From Candidatus Woesebacteria bacterium GW2011_GWB1_39_12 (GTDB lineage Bacteria > Patescibacteriota > Microgenomatia > UBA8517): DNA of 64,000 bases. A program made the position numbers and the translations under genes. Location of the stretch: NCBI GenBank assembly GCA_000993405.1, contig LBWB01000004.1, positions 4,861 through 68,860 of the forward strand. The letters are read 5' to 3'. The notes below the pieces were generated by a model, which was given only the letters and a program-made list of their open reading frames with translations, was not told where the DNA came from and searched no databases. Of the stretch, positions 56,952 through 64,000 are shown one piece after another. The first letter of the stretch is position 1; every line of letters begins with the position of its first letter.

Positions 56952-58415
56952 ATGGAGGAAAAAAGAGTAAGAACTCGAATGGCGCCAAGTCCGACAGGTG
57001 AATACCACATTGGACACATTAGAACGCTTCTTTACAATTGGGCTTTTGCCAAAAAATATAACGGAGACTTTATTCTAAGAATCGAGGACACGGATAGAGA
57101 AAGATTTGTTGCGGGTGCCACCGACAGAATTTTAGAGGTTATTAAATCTTATGGCTTGGTGTGGGACGAAGGTCCACAAGTAGGAGGCCCTCATGAACCC
57201 TATTTTCAGTCTCAGAGGCTTGAAATTTACCAGAAACACGCTCAAATTCTTCTTGATAAAGGTGCAGCTTATTATTGTTTTTGTACTGAAGAGCGCTTGG
57301 AAAAAATGCGTGAGGAACAAAAGGCTCGACATGTAGTTTCTACTAAGTATGATAGGCTTTGTTTAAAACTTGATAAAAGCGAAATCGAAAAGAAACTCAA
57401 AGATAAAGTGCCATATGTAATCAGAATGAAAGTTCCGGATAACAAAGAAATCACTTTTAATGATTTGGTTATCGGTGACATATCAGTTCCTTCCAGTGAT
57501 ATAGATGATCAGGTACTTATTAAATCAGATGGTTTTCCTACCTACCATTTTGCAGTTGTTATCGATGATCATCTGATGGAGATTTCCCATGTTATGAGGG
57601 GTAACGATTGGATTCCTTCCACGCCCAAACACGTACTTTTGTATCAAGCTTTTGGGTGGGATATGCCTTACTTTGCTCATATTCCTAATCTTAAAGAAAT
57701 GGGAGCGGGAAAAAAATTGTCGAAGAGGTTTGGAGCTGTCGCGGCAAAAGAATTCTTGGACGAGGGTTATCTTCCTGAAGCAGTACTTAATTTCTTAATG
57801 TTTTTGGGTTGGAATCCGGGTACGGATAAGGAAATATACACTCTTAACGAATTTGTAAAGGATTTTTCAATCGAAAAAATTCATAAAACTGATTTAGTCG
57901 CTTTTGATAGAAACAAGCTTCTCTGGATGAATAGTCAGTATATTCAAAAATCTCAGATCTCAGATTTGCCCGACGGCAAGGCGGGTCTCAAATCTCAAAT
58001 TTTTAAATTTTTTGGCGGAAAATATGACGCAGCAGTAATTGAAAAAATTCTTCCCCTGCTTCAGACAAGGATAAAGACTTTGAAAGAATTTGCAGATTTA
58101 GCTGGATTTTTCTTTGAAAAACCCAAGGTTGACAAAAAGATACTGAGTAATAATTGGAAGAATCACTTGTCTATGGCAGTCGAAGTTTTAGAAAGCTTGG
58201 AAAAATGGGGAAAGAGCGATATTGATGAAGGGTTGTTATCCGCCGTAAAGGAGAAAAATTTTAAAACCGGAGAATTTTTCATGGATTTCCGTATCGCAGT
58301 GACGGGAAGTAAATTTACTCCGCCCATTAATGAGTCAATTGTGATTTTAGGTAAGTATGAGGTTCTAAAAAGACTGAAGGCTGTTCTAGGTTCTAAATCA
58401 AATATTAAATATTAA
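56952..58415 (+). CDS. gltX: Glutamyl-tRNA synthetase
   Basis: HIGH (EYHIGHIRT) and KMSKS-type (KLSKR) class I motifs. Confidence 0.9.
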   Translation: MEEKRVRTRMAPSPTGEYHIGHIRTLLYNWAFAKKYNGDFILRIEDTDRERFVAGATDRILEVIKSYGLVWDEGPQVGGPHEPYFQSQRLEIYQKHAQILLDKGAAYYCFCTEERLEKMREEQKARHVVSTKYDRLCLKLDKSEIEKKLKDKVPYVIRMKVPDNKEITFNDLVIGDISVPSSDIDDQVLIKSDGFPTYHFAVVIDDHLMEISHVMRGNDWIPSTPKHVLLYQAFGWDMPYFAHIPNLKEMGAGKKLSKRFGAVAAKEFLDEGYLPEAVLNFLMFLGWNPGTDKEIYTLNEFVKDFSIEKIHKTDLVAFDRNKLLWMNSQYIQKSQISDLPDGKAGLKSQIFKFFGGKYDAAVIEKILPLLQTRIKTLKEFADLAGFFFEKPKVDKKILSNNWKNHLSMAVEVLESLEKWGKSDIDEGLLSAVKEKNFKTGEFFMDFRIAVTGSKFTPPINESIVILGKYEVLKRLKAVLGSKSNIKY

Positions 58416-58508
58416 AAATTAAATATACAAATTAAAAAACTTAAAAATATTTTTAATTCTTTAATATGTATTTTTGCTATTTGATTTTTCATTTTTGATT
58501 TATTTATA

Positions 58509-59426
58509 ATGTCTGCCCACAAATATAAGCCGAGAATTACTTCCGAAGAGCTGCGAAATAGGCTTAAGCTAAAGCATTTTGAGTCAAGCAGAAGGCTTTT
58601 GGAAAAACATCCGCATGTTGATGCGTTTTTTAAATCAAAGGCGCTTGAACTGTCAAAAATTCGTGACCACTCGGCAAAAATTTTAAGTACAAGTGCCCTT
58701 GCCGGGACGCTTCTTCTTTCTTCTCCATCGAATTTATATCTTCCGACTCCTTCCGAAATTATAGAAAAACTCAGGTTACCGGAGTTGGAAGGAAAAAAGG
58801 ATGAGAAAGAAAAAATGCTCGCAGACACTTTAAAATCGACTCTTCCTAAACGTCCAAGACCCTTAATAAGGGACGAAGAAAAGTTACTTGAACAGGTTTT
58901 TCGTAACGTTTTGGGAGTATCTGCAAGAGCGGCCCTTGAAGGAGAACACCTTAATTCAACTTATGGGTTTATTGGAGCTGAGCAGCATTTGCGCCGCTTT
59001 CCAGGTGATACTTTAAAGGAACATGGTGAAAGCGAGATTTTAAAAGAAGGAATGGCACCTGGTCTCGGTGCTTTTGGCTACTTTGCAAGTTCCAGACAAA
59101 CTTTAACAAAAGACTTAGAAGAAAAAGAGCGTTGGTATGCTGTAGTTCAGACTCTATACTTGCCCGACTGGAGCAGGCGGCAGCCGTACCTTAAAGACTG
59201 GTATAAACACAGAAAGGTCTTAATTGTGAATACGGTAAATGGGAAAGCTATTATTGCCGTAATTGCCGATTCCGGTCCTGCTGCCTGGACAGGCAAACAA
59301 TTTGGAGGTAGTCCTGAGGTAATGCATTATCTCGGTGGGGTAAAATACAAAAAAGGACCCGTTATTGTATTTTTTGTCGACGATCCGGAAAATAAGGTTC
59401 CGTTGGGACCTGTTGAGTATAATTGA
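58509..59426 (+). CDS. Hypothetical protein with signal anchor
   Basis: ORF only. Confidence 0.25.
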   Translation: MSAHKYKPRITSEELRNRLKLKHFESSRRLLEKHPHVDAFFKSKALELSKIRDHSAKILSTSALAGTLLLSSPSNLYLPTPSEIIEKLRLPELEGKKDEKEKMLADTLKSTLPKRPRPLIRDEEKLLEQVFRNVLGVSARAALEGEHLNSTYGFIGAEQHLRRFPGDTLKEHGESEILKEGMAPGLGAFGYFASSRQTLTKDLEEKERWYAVVQTLYLPDWSRRQPYLKDWYKHRKVLIVNTVNGKAIIAVIADSGPAAWTGKQFGGSPEVMHYLGGVKYKKGPVIVFFVDDPENKVPLGPVEYN

Positions 59427-59746
59427 TTATGTCGAAGTTATTTTTCGATCACTTAATAATTCTTGAAGATCTTGAAACAGAGATAAAAGAAGTTGCCGAA
59501 TCTCCGGAAGAGAAGGAAGAGTTGTGGCAACTCATTGATGAGATTTTACATCATCGGATTTTGGGATGTATATTGGACAGTTTACCCGCCGAACATCATC
59601 ACAATTTTTTGGAAATGTTTCATCAATCCCCGCATGATGAAAGGATAATCCATTTTTTAAATAAAAAGATAGAGGGCGATATAGAAGGTGTGATTCGGGA
59701 AGAGATAAAGCTTTTAGAAAAAGAAATATTGGAAGAAATAAAATAG
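59423..59746 (+). CDS. Hypothetical acidic protein, translationally coupled to the upstream gene
   Basis: ORF only, 4-bp overlap. Confidence 0.25.
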   Translation: MIMSKLFFDHLIILEDLETEIKEVAESPEEKEELWQLIDEILHHRILGCILDSLPAEHHHNFLEMFHQSPHDERIIHFLNKKIEGDIEGVIREEIKLLEKEILEEIK

Positions 59747-59810
59747 TTAAATTGCTAAATGGTTTTTAAGAAACAATTGTGTAGCCATATAACCATCGAG
59801 CCATCTTTCC

Positions 59811-60122
59811 ATGAATAAAAATTACGGTGGGGTAATTTGGACGAACCATGCCATATCCCGTCTTCGGGATCGGAAGATTAAACAGGGTGATGCTTGGGCT
59901 ACATTGAAAAATCCCGATAAGTCAAGATTTTCCAAGTCAAAACATGCCTTTGTTTATGAAAGAAACTTCGGAAGTCAAGTTGTTGAAGTAGTGGCAAAGA
60001 AAAATGACAAAAACGAGTGGGTTATACTTTCGGTTTGGAATAAATCAGGCTTCAAATTAAAGGAGAAAAAGATCAGTGGTTTCCCAAACTTCTTAAGAAA
60101 ACTTTTAAGTATTCGCATTTAA
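59811..60122 (+). CDS. DUF4258-like small protein (putative toxin-family fold)
   Basis: …WTNHAISRLRDRKIKQGD… resembles the DUF4258 N-terminal signature. Confidence 0.3.
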   Translation: MNKNYGGVIWTNHAISRLRDRKIKQGDAWATLKNPDKSRFSKSKHAFVYERNFGSQVVEVVAKKNDKNEWVILSVWNKSGFKLKEKKISGFPNFLRKLLSIRI

Positions 60123-60132
60123 TCTTTGCATT

Positions 60133-60141
60133 TGGTATAAT
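60133..60141 (+). promoter_or_regulatory. Extended -10 promoter (TGgTATAAT) with long 5' UTR for the RRM protein gene
   Basis: tggtataat about 135 nt before the ATG at 60275. Confidence 0.4.
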
Positions 60142-60274
60142 ACCTAATTAGGTTTACACTTTTTCTTTTACAGGTTTTGTTTTCTGAGACTTAAACCTTA
60201 GTAGGAATTGTTTTCAGCATAAACACCTTAAATAGTAAAAGAACGTGAGCAAGATAGAATGGAGGTGATAATTT

Positions 60275-60598
60275 ATGGCATCTAAACTATTCGTTGGAGG
60301 TTTGTCTTGGGGAACAACCGATGATAAACTTCGCGAGTTTTTCGCTCAAGCTGGTACAGTAGTTTCGGCAACAGTTATTACAGATAGATATAGTGGAAGG
60401 TCAAAAGGCTTCGGTTTTGTAGAAATGTCTAATGAGAAGGAGGCTGAGGAAGCTAAAAAGCTTAACGGTCAAGTTCTTGACGAAAGGACAATTGCAGTAG
60501 CTGACGCAAGACCACAGGAACCTAGAGAAGGTGGTGGAGATTTTAGAAGAGGTGGAGGATCTGATAGACCCAGAAGAAGCGGCGGAAACCGTTATTAA
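60275..60598 (+). CDS. RRM-type RNA-binding protein with Gly/Arg-rich tail
   Basis: RNP-2 LFVGGL and RNP-1 KGFGFVEM; RGG-type tail. Confidence 0.8.
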   Translation: MASKLFVGGLSWGTTDDKLREFFAQAGTVVSATVITDRYSGRSKGFGFVEMSNEKEAEEAKKLNGQVLDERTIAVADARPQEPREGGGDFRRGGGSDRPRRSGGNRY

Positions 60599-60719
60599 AC
60601 TTCAAACCCGAAAAGTCGGTTAAATTTCCATAATCCCTTTTTTAGTCAGTATTATGGATTGTTTGGCGTGGAAGAAAAAAAGGGCTAAAATATAAGGTAA
60701 ACAGAGATATTATTTGTAT

Positions 60720-60790
60720 TGCCCGGTCGGCTAATGGTAGGCCAGATGGCTCTGAACCATCTAATCCACGTTCGAATCGTGGCTGGGCAG
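60720..60790 (+). tRNA. tRNA-Gln (anticodon CUG); 3' CCA not encoded
   Basis: Manual fold: acceptor tgcccgg/ctgggca, D stem ggc/gcc, anticodon stem gatgg/ccatc with loop ctCTGaa, T arm ccacg-ttcgaat-cgtgg, discriminator g, then caaat. Confidence 0.8.
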
Positions 60791-60795
60791 CAAAT

Positions 60796-61128
60796 ATGAA
60801 AATTTTACAATGGTCGATGACAATTCCTAAGGAAAAACAGAAAGATTTTGTTACGTGGTTTAATAAAATTGCCGGTCCTACATTTAGTAAATTCGGCGCC
60901 AAGAAACATGAATTATATAAAGTTGAGGGAGAGCAAGTTATTGGAAGACAATTTATCGAAAAAGACCGATTTATAGAAAGAGTCTATTTTGATGACAAAT
61001 TTAATATTTCTGATTACTTTGAAGCTGTAAAGCAAAATCCTCAGGCATGGAAAATATCAAGAGAATATGAAGGAAAATTTGGTGCGACAAATATTGAATT
61101 ACGAGTTCTAAAACCTGTTGGTAATTGA
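60796..61128 (+). CDS. Hypothetical protein immediately after the tRNA
   Basis: ORF only. Confidence 0.3.
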   Translation: MKILQWSMTIPKEKQKDFVTWFNKIAGPTFSKFGAKKHELYKVEGEQVIGRQFIEKDRFIERVYFDDKFNISDYFEAVKQNPQAWKISREYEGKFGATNIELRVLKPVGN

Positions 61129-61177
61129 TCAGTTATAGGCTCGAATGGTACTAGACCGAACTGCTCAGCTACACTTT

Positions 61178-61206
61178 TTGACAGACAAGTCTGTTTGGTT
61201 TAATAT
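61178..61206 (+). promoter_or_regulatory. tetR promoter with overlapping palindromic operator ACAGACaaGTCTGT (autoregulatory site)
   Basis: ttgACAGACaaGTCTGTttggtt TAATAT: -35 TTGACA and -10 TAATAT at 17 nt spacing, palindrome inside. Confidence 0.6.
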
Positions 61207-61212
61207 AAGGGC

Positions 61213-61806
61213 GTGAATAAAGCTCAGACATCGGATTCGGCGAAGATACGGGTTTTAAAGACAGCATCGGATCTTTTTTACCGACAGGGCTACCGATCTA
61301 CCGGAACAAACGAAATTATTAAGAAGGCGGGGGTAGCTAAAGCCAGTTTTTTCTATCATTTTCCAACTAAAGAAGCCTTGGCGCTTGCCTACCTTAAAGA
61401 CCTTCATGCTCGGGAAGCGGGGAATCTTCTTGCCTTTGTTGACAAAAGGAAAACGCCTTATGACCGTTTTCTTGCGGTGATCAAGTGGATTGAACCTTGG
61501 ATCAAATCGAATGAACTGCGCGGTTGCGGTTTTTTAAACATGGTTTCTGAAGTGCCCGATAAACGTAGCAAACTTCGCAAAATGGCAAAAAAACATTACG
61601 AAGTCCTCGGTGGCCTGATTGCACAATTGACGCAGGAGCTTATTGATTCCGATCCAAAACGCTACCGCCATTTGGACGTTTCTGGCGTTACCAATAGCTA
61701 CCTTGTGATAGTCGTAGGGGCGATTGCATTTAGTGAAACAAGCCAGGACGCCCAACCCAGCCGTAGAGCTGTGGAAGCAGTCAAATCTCTTATCGGTCCA
61801 CAATAA
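61213..61806 (+). CDS. TetR/AcrR family transcriptional regulator
   Basis: N-terminal HTH (…YRSTGTNEIIKKAGVAKASFFYHF…). Confidence 0.75.
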   Translation: MNKAQTSDSAKIRVLKTASDLFYRQGYRSTGTNEIIKKAGVAKASFFYHFPTKEALALAYLKDLHAREAGNLLAFVDKRKTPYDRFLAVIKWIEPWIKSNELRGCGFLNMVSEVPDKRSKLRKMAKKHYEVLGGLIAQLTQELIDSDPKRYRHLDVSGVTNSYLVIVVGAIAFSETSQDAQPSRRAVEAVKSLIGPQ

Positions 61807-61879
61807 TTTTTGACACAACTTCTTAAGTAGTTCTTCAGTTCTACATCTCAAACATAGTAACTCTCTTTAATTTTGACTA

Positions 61880-61908
61880 TTGACAGACCAGTCTGTATGA
61901 CTTATTTT
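61880..61908 (+). promoter_or_regulatory. Second copy of the operator ACAGACcaGTCTGT overlapping a TTGACA -35, upstream of the OsmC-family gene
   Basis: ttgACAGACcaGTCTGTatgac. Confidence 0.55.
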
Positions 61909-61950
61909 AAGTAAAGAAGTAAAGATTGTACAGATTTATCGAGAAAGGGG

Positions 61951-62514
61951 GTGAAAAACAACATGGCAAAAGTAAATGGATTAGAGGTTAACGATATTGT
62001 GAAGTTGGTTGATGAAGTTAAACGTAACCCTGCGGGATTCCAATCGACATTTTATGCTAATACCTCATGGAAGAGTGGTTTCAATGTCGTAGCGGAAACC
62101 GGTAAATTTAAGGTTGGTGGGACAACGCTCAAACACAAGACATTCAAGATTGAGGGTGATCACCCTAAAGAGTTCCTCGGTACCGATAATGGACCATCTG
62201 CGGTAGAGATAACCCTCTCTGCTTTGGGTCACTGCATTGCTGGTGGCTGGGGTGTCAACGGTACCGCTCTTGGCGTTCCACTTGAAAGTGTAAGAATAGA
62301 AGTTGAGGGCGACCTTGATCCTCAAGGTATGCTTGGATTGCCGGAAGCGGGTAAAGTACGACCGGGATTCCAAAATATACGGGTAACCCATTACGTTAAA
62401 AGCAACGCTCCAAAGGAAAAGTTAGAGCATGTAAAACAGATGGCTGAGGATCTGTCACCGGTTAAGGATTCTTTAAGAGCGATAAACTATTCTTCTAAGT
62501 TGGTGATTCAGTAG
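61951..62514 (+). CDS. OsmC/Ohr family peroxiredoxin-like protein
   Basis: Size and conserved Cys-containing segments (ALGHCIAG…) typical of OsmC-like proteins. Confidence 0.6.
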   Translation: MKNNMAKVNGLEVNDIVKLVDEVKRNPAGFQSTFYANTSWKSGFNVVAETGKFKVGGTTLKHKTFKIEGDHPKEFLGTDNGPSAVEITLSALGHCIAGGWGVNGTALGVPLESVRIEVEGDLDPQGMLGLPEAGKVRPGFQNIRVTHYVKSNAPKEKLEHVKQMAEDLSPVKDSLRAINYSSKLVIQ

Positions 62515-62681
62515 AAAAAGCAAAAATGACCCATTCGGGTATCTGGAGCAATTCTTTACGATCCAGCCTGATGGGTCATTTTGTTGCAGTAAAATAAGCG
62601 GGATACTACCTATTTTACTCCAGAAGTGATTTATTAATACCTCCCGTAATTAAAATATCGAAAATTTGTTAAAATTGGGTA

Positions 62682-63101
62682 ATGGAGACAACAAATACAT
62701 TATCTGATGTCAAAGAACTAACTAGTGATGAAATATTAAAGAATGTAGTTGGAAAATTTGAGTCTTTTAAAAATTATTATCTAAAAGATGATATTGAATC
62801 TAATCAGAAAGGGTTTCGACTTCGGGGTGAAGAAGATGCAGTTAATCGCGCGCTTGAACAAACTTTAGGAAGATCAAGTAATCTTAATAGTTGTAATTTT
62901 CCTAAAGAGGAAGAGGAAATGCGGGACGTTTGTAAATTAGTAATTAATCATTTTTCTGAAAATAATCCTCAAGCTTTGAAAATATTCACCAATACACACA
63001 GATCATCTTATAAATATGAATTTATTTTAGATCCGCGAATTATCGAATTAGTAGAGTTGGCAATAATCAAGATAGACGAGATAGAGAAAAAAGAATCCTG
63101 A
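62682..63101 (+). CDS. Hypothetical protein
   Basis: ORF only. Confidence 0.25.
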   Translation: METTNTLSDVKELTSDEILKNVVGKFESFKNYYLKDDIESNQKGFRLRGEEDAVNRALEQTLGRSSNLNSCNFPKEEEEMRDVCKLVINHFSENNPQALKIFTNTHRSSYKYEFILDPRIIELVELAIIKIDEIEKKES

Positions 63102-63373
63102 TGAAAAAGAAAAATTGGTCTGGAGAAGTTACAAAACACTCAATTGCGCTGGATCTGGAAGAAGGAGTTTTTACTTGGGATGACCCCGAGAAAATTGCCG
63201 AATCTTTGAAATTTTCAGCCGAAAATAGCACGCGGAGAAAAGCTACACCTTTTGCTTCTGCAATGAGCATGCTTAATTTTTATATTAATCGTGCAGGAAA
63301 AAATTTAGATACTAAGCAAAAAGAAATATTAGAAGAAGCAAAAATCGAACTTCGAAAAATTTTTGGAAAGTGA
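63101..63373 (+). CDS. DUF3175-like small protein
   Basis: 90 aa; pattern …SLKFSAENSTRRKATPFASAMSMLNFYINRAGKNL… matches the DUF3175 signature. Confidence 0.4.
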   Translation: MKKKNWSGEVTKHSIALDLEEGVFTWDDPEKIAESLKFSAENSTRRKATPFASAMSMLNFYINRAGKNLDTKQKEILEEAKIELRKIFGK

Positions 63374-63394
63374 GTACAATAGTAGATTATTTGT

Positions 63395-63769
63395 ATGGAA
63401 GATAAGGACTTCGAAGAATTAGTCAGTCAGGCTCTTGATTATTTACCGCAAGAATTCTTGGAAAAGCTGGAGAATTTAAATGTAACCATTGCCGATTGGC
63501 CGACTCCTGGCCAAATTGGGGGAAGAGGAGGTTTGCTTCTGGGTCTTTATGAAGGAGTTCCGCAAACAAGAAGGGGAAGGTATGGAATTGGTGGTGTTTT
63601 ACCCGACAAAATAACCATTTTTAAAATTCCTATTTTGATGATTTCAAGATCGTTGGAGGATATCAGAGAAAATGTGAGAGATACCGTAATCCATGAGATA
63701 GCTCACCATTTCGGTTTTAGTGAGGAAGGTATAATCAAAGCGAAGAGAGAAAAACGAAAAAACTTGTAA
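63395..63769 (+). CDS. Zincin-like metallopeptidase family protein (DUF1025/Zincin_1-like)
   Basis: HExxH-type motif VIHEIAHHFGFSEEGI near the C-terminus. Confidence 0.5.
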   Translation: MEDKDFEELVSQALDYLPQEFLEKLENLNVTIADWPTPGQIGGRGGLLLGLYEGVPQTRRGRYGIGGVLPDKITIFKIPILMISRSLEDIRENVRDTVIHEIAHHFGFSEEGIIKAKREKRKNL

Positions 63770-63772
63770 AAC

Positions 63773-64000
63773 ATGTTTAAATTTGGTTTGGCGGTATTTA
63801 TGTTGGGAATTTTCATGGGTTTTAGTGGGATGCGTTTTTTCGATAGAGATCTTTTAAAAGGAGAAGTTCTTTCTCAAGAATTTGAGGAAGTTGTTTCACC
63901 TACGGTTACTCCGACACCCACTCCGTCGCCTTCTCCAACCCCGTCTCCGACGCCAACTTTGATTCCCACGCCAACGTTAACTCCAATGCCCACACCAACT
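63773..64000 (+). CDS. Partial gene (3' end beyond window): signal-anchor protein with Pro/Thr/Ser-rich low-complexity linker
   Basis: MFKFGLAVFMLGIFMGFSG… then PTVTPTPTPSPSPTPSPTPT…. Confidence 0.3.
   Translation, partial: MFKFGLAVFMLGIFMGFSGMRFFDRDLLKGEVLSQEFEEVVSPTVTPTPTPSPSPTPSPTPTLIPTPTLTPMPTPT

Noticed and set aside
60642-60902. 86 aa minus-strand ORF overlapping tRNA-Gln
   Set aside because: It runs antisense through a well-folded tRNA gene and the start of the next gene, and its composition is non-protein-like.
1-64000. CRISPR arrays, transposases, integrases
   Set aside because: No spacer-repeat periodicity of 28-37 bp repeats with unique spacers was seen. The only tandem arrays are 7-nt coding-region tracts and the 12 Cys-repeat units. 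No DDE transposase or tyrosine/serine recombinase-like ORF is present.

Overview
AT-rich, gene-dense 64 kb window with short intergenic spacers, standard code (UGA is used as a stop) and many small hypothetical membrane proteins. By inference this is a reduced-genome bacterium, probably Patescibacteria/CPR-like. The left end has recA (partial)-recX, RNase Y, HU, an ABC-2 exporter operon, an AI-2E transporter and an RNase P RNA gene (rnpB) with twin terminators. A large type IV pilus locus follows: pilB, pilC, three minus-strand pilus/pilin-like genes, pilM, a split pilN, a pilO-like gene and a major pilin. Both clear pilin genes carry identical (TTGGAAA)x4 heptanucleotide tracts inside their leader peptides. 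A ~140 bp intergenic repeat occurs three times, upstream of rny, the ABC operon and pilM. The middle holds a decayed vapC remnant, pyruvoyl arginine decarboxylase, two sensor kinases, an orphan response regulator, alpha-glucan phosphorylase and an 811 aa surface protein with 12 tandem 4-Cys repeats. A 9.3 kb segment is bracketed by near-perfect 57 bp inverted repeats (32982-33038 and 42353-42409). It holds a 5'-deoxynucleotidase-like HD hydrolase, two glycosyltransferases, a deoxynucleoside-kinase-like protein, an HAD-like hydrolase, four consecutive (d)NTP phosphohydrolases (CYTH, Nudix, Ham1, Nudix) bracketed by 45 bp direct repeats, then dtd, a CAP-domain protein and an nth-like glycosylase. 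The right third is housekeeping: secD/secF, SNase-like nuclease, cca, recJ, rel, aspS, a D,D-carboxypeptidase and gltX. It ends with an RRM protein, a tRNA-Gln(CUG), and a TetR/OsmC pair sharing ACAGAC-NN-GTCTGT operators. No CRISPR array, transposase or integrase is visible.
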